DNA from: Acidobacteriota bacterium
Lineage (GTDB): Bacteria > Acidobacteriota > UBA6911 > RPQK01 > JBHHYX01
Assembly (NCBI GenBank): GCA_046757765.1
Contig: JBHHYX010000002.1
Coordinates: 1 to 46,577, forward strand
Direction: 5' to 3'
DNA length: 46,577 nt
Shown: piece after piece, positions 44,561 through 46,577 of the stretch
Layout: each line of letters opens with the position of its first letter
How positions within the stretch are numbered: position 1 is the stretch's first letter
The notes under the pieces: generated by a model
Seen by the model: the letters and a program-made list of their open reading frames with translations, nothing else
Database searches by the model: none
What the model was told of the DNA's origin: nothing
Position numbers and translations under genes: made by a program

Positions 44561-44717
44561 TTAACGGATTCTGCGGCCCGAGTCTATTCTGGCGGGCTGG
44601 TGAGGTCCGGAGACGGCAGGTCGGCTGTGGGGTTCACCGGCCATGGGCCGGTGGTCTTCAGATGAACCGAGCGGTCGTTGAGAGCCCGCTTCAACCACTT
44701 GAATGATGGAGGACTAG

Positions 44718-46139
44718 ATGCCCGTCCGGGAAAACCACTCCCCCCAGCTGCTGTTTGTTGATGACGAAAAGGATTTCCAGAGGTTCATCGAGCAGGGCCT
44801 TACGCCAGCCGGCTACGACGTAGTCATTACGAATCACTGGGAAGAAGCGAAATCGCTTCTGGAAAGTCGTGAGATCGAACCCAAGATCATCTTCATCGAA
44901 CCCTGGTCCGGAACTGGTATGGACCTGGAAAACCTGCGGGACTTCCAGACCGGAATGGAACGGATCCCCATCGTGGTGATCTCGACCCAAAGGAATCCGA
45001 GTGTGATTGTCCAGGCCATTCAGCGAGGGGCGCGAGACTACATCGTCAAACCGCTCGGTGTCGAGAAACTGCGGCAAACCATTCACCGTGTCCTCAACGG
45101 CAGCCCGGCCGAAAAATCGGTCGGCCACTCGCACAAAGCTCTGGAGCCTCCAAGGACAGAATTCATCTACTGTGACCCGAAGATGAAAAGGATTCATGAG
45201 ACGATTCTCCAGATTGCCGGCTCCACCGTTCCCGTGTTGATTCAGGGTGAAAGCGGCGTCGGCAAGGAAGTCGTCGCTCGTCTCATCCATGAGCATTCCG
45301 GGCTGAGACGAAAAAACCTGGTCAAGGTCAACTGCGCGGCGCTTCCGGCTGAACTGACTGAAAGCGAACTGTTCGGTCACAGCAGGGGCGCGTTTACCGG
45401 TGCTCACATCGACCGGCCGGGCAAGTTTGAATTTGCCCACAAAGGGACGATCTTCCTGGATGAGATCGGCGAGTTCCCGGCTGTGACGCAGGCCAAACTG
45501 CTGCAGGTGCTGCAAGACGGTCGTTTTACCCGACTTGGCAGCAACGAAGAGGTCGAGGTCAACGTGCGCGTTGTGGCAGCCACCAATCGCGACCTGGACA
45601 AGGCCGTTGAAGACCGACAGTTTAGAGCCGATCTGTACTACCGAATCAACGTCGTGAATATCGAGGTGCCTCCACTGCGGGAGCGAAAAGCGGAAATCCT
45701 GCTCCTGTGCGACTACTTCCTCAAGAAACACAGTCGCCAATACCGTCTGGCTGGCGAGGAACTCCCGCGGGAACTGGTCGACTGTTTTCAAAACTACAAC
45801 TGGCCCGGCAACGTTCGGGAGTTAGAGAACCTGCTCAAGCGCTACCTGGTCCTTCAGGACCCGGAAGGGATCCGGTCCGAACTGGAAAAGAAGGTGTCCT
45901 GCCAGATCTTTGAGGGGATTGAGGAGGTCGCTGACGCACATCTGGAGAAGTGCGGGAACTCGGTCAATCTGAAAGACGTGGCCAAGAAGGCAGCCGCCCG
46001 AGTCGAAAAGAGCATGATCTTCAACGCTCTTCGCCAGAATAACTGGAACAAATCCCGGGCCGCCAAGGAACTGAAGGTCAGCTACAAGACCCTTCTCACC
46101 AAGATCGAAGAGTACAAGATCCGGCCGGCTCAGCTCTAG
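44718..46139 (+). CDS. Sigma54-dependent Fis-family transcriptional activator (NtrC-like) with atypical receiver domain
   Basis: The receiver domain (LLFVDDE...IIFIEPW...VVIST...YIVKP) is followed by an AAA+ domain (GESGVGKE, GAFTGA, IFLDEIGE, RVVAATNRDL) and a C-terminal Fis HTH (NKSRAAKELKVSYKTLLTKI). Confidence 0.9.
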   Translation: MPVRENHSPQLLFVDDEKDFQRFIEQGLTPAGYDVVITNHWEEAKSLLESREIEPKIIFIEPWSGTGMDLENLRDFQTGMERIPIVVISTQRNPSVIVQAIQRGARDYIVKPLGVEKLRQTIHRVLNGSPAEKSVGHSHKALEPPRTEFIYCDPKMKRIHETILQIAGSTVPVLIQGESGVGKEVVARLIHEHSGLRRKNLVKVNCAALPAELTESELFGHSRGAFTGAHIDRPGKFEFAHKGTIFLDEIGEFPAVTQAKLLQVLQDGRFTRLGSNEEVEVNVRVVAATNRDLDKAVEDRQFRADLYYRINVVNIEVPPLRERKAEILLLCDYFLKKHSRQYRLAGEELPRELVDCFQNYNWPGNVRELENLLKRYLVLQDPEGIRSELEKKVSCQIFEGIEEVADAHLEKCGNSVNLKDVAKKAAARVEKSMIFNALRQNNWNKSRAAKELKVSYKTLLTKIEEYKIRPAQL

Positions 46140-46444
46140 CCCGGATTATTCGTAGGATGTCGTTACGAAGCGGGCTCTAAGGGTTAGCGCAAGAATAGCT
46201 TCGCAGAGTTGGCGCTCAGATTTGCACCAGATTTGGTCGCGAACGATTGAGCGAAACCGCAGGCGTAGCCGGGCCTACGTTGAGGATTTCGCGATTGAGG
46301 AGCGGCCGAAGACGGTGTGAAGATGAGATGCCAAAATGTGAAATTATTCTTGCGCGAGCCCTAAGGGCGCCGGGCTGACAAGGCGTCGCGACAGAGGCCC
46401 CCACAGTCGTACTCGTCTAGCCCAGGGTTGGCAACAACCCTGGG
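46136..46444 (+). repeat. Composite of family A-related repeat segments downstream of the activator gene
   Basis: It starts CTAGCCCGGATTATTCG, whose TAG is the activator stop codon. Positions 46314-46361 repeat window nt 3-50. Positions 46366-46410 (gctgacaaggcgtcgcgacagaggccccc) match the family A core. Positions 46421-46444 form a 10-bp stem with a GCAA loop. Confidence 0.55.
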
Positions 46445-46577
46445 TCTGCCAGTCGTCGTGATCCCCTATCCACCCCAACGGGGTTGTGCCGGTATCCAGT
46501 GGAATCCCTCTCACTCGTAACCGGATCATTCTCCTCCACGACACGACCCTTTCAGACACTATGTAGAAGGCTCGGCG

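Overview
This is a high-GC (about 60% by eye), gene-dense bacterial chromosomal window. It carries many long antisense shadow ORFs, as GC-rich genomes usually do. All calls rest on reading the translated ORFs and the DNA by eye. No homology search, covariance model or folding program was run, and identity values are visual estimates.

About 37 protein genes can be supported from recognisable motifs:
- a DUF3179-like gene split by a single in-frame TGA
- moaC and moeA
- a MacA-like adaptor plus a MacB/LolD-type ABC ATPase
- a Wzx-like flippase
- a rhodanese-SufE pair
- a P-loop NTPase::Ser/Thr kinase fusion
- a 1144-aa AddA/RecB-like helicase-nuclease
- an ArsR-SRPBCC pair
- an NRAMP-like transporter plus an SGNH hydrolase
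- panE and an acyl-CoA ligase
- two VapBC modules
- a class III aminotransferase and an SSF symporter
- two SAM methyltransferases and a cupin
- pncA-nadE
- the oxidative pentose phosphate cluster gnd-zwf-opcA-pgl, plus glk
- an M48 peptidase, a CHASE2 class III nucleotide cyclase and a sigma54 enhancer-binding protein

I found no rRNA, tRNA, CRISPR array, transposase or integrase.

Most notable observations:
1. The TGA in the DUF3179 gene falls exactly where that family has, as I recall, a conserved Cys. This makes it a candidate unrecognised selenoprotein, or alternatively a very recent pseudogene.
2. A TIR-bearing, MITE-like repeat family of about 185 bp is present in at least 8 copies. It contributes the 3' end and stop codon of the symporter, the annotated ATG of pgl and the stop codon of the sigma54 activator.
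3. A 1-kb ORF-poor, partly GC-depressed spacer upstream of the symporter is packed with palindromes. It includes a perfect 35-bp palindrome formed by two tandem inverted-repeat units.
4. A perfect sigma54 promoter core sits in a 656-bp ORF-free spacer upstream of an activator whose receiver domain has Glu in place of the phospho-acceptor Asp.
5. A second repeat, an 80-nt hairpin, occurs twice, and there is an odd locus of hexamer-periodic repeats.
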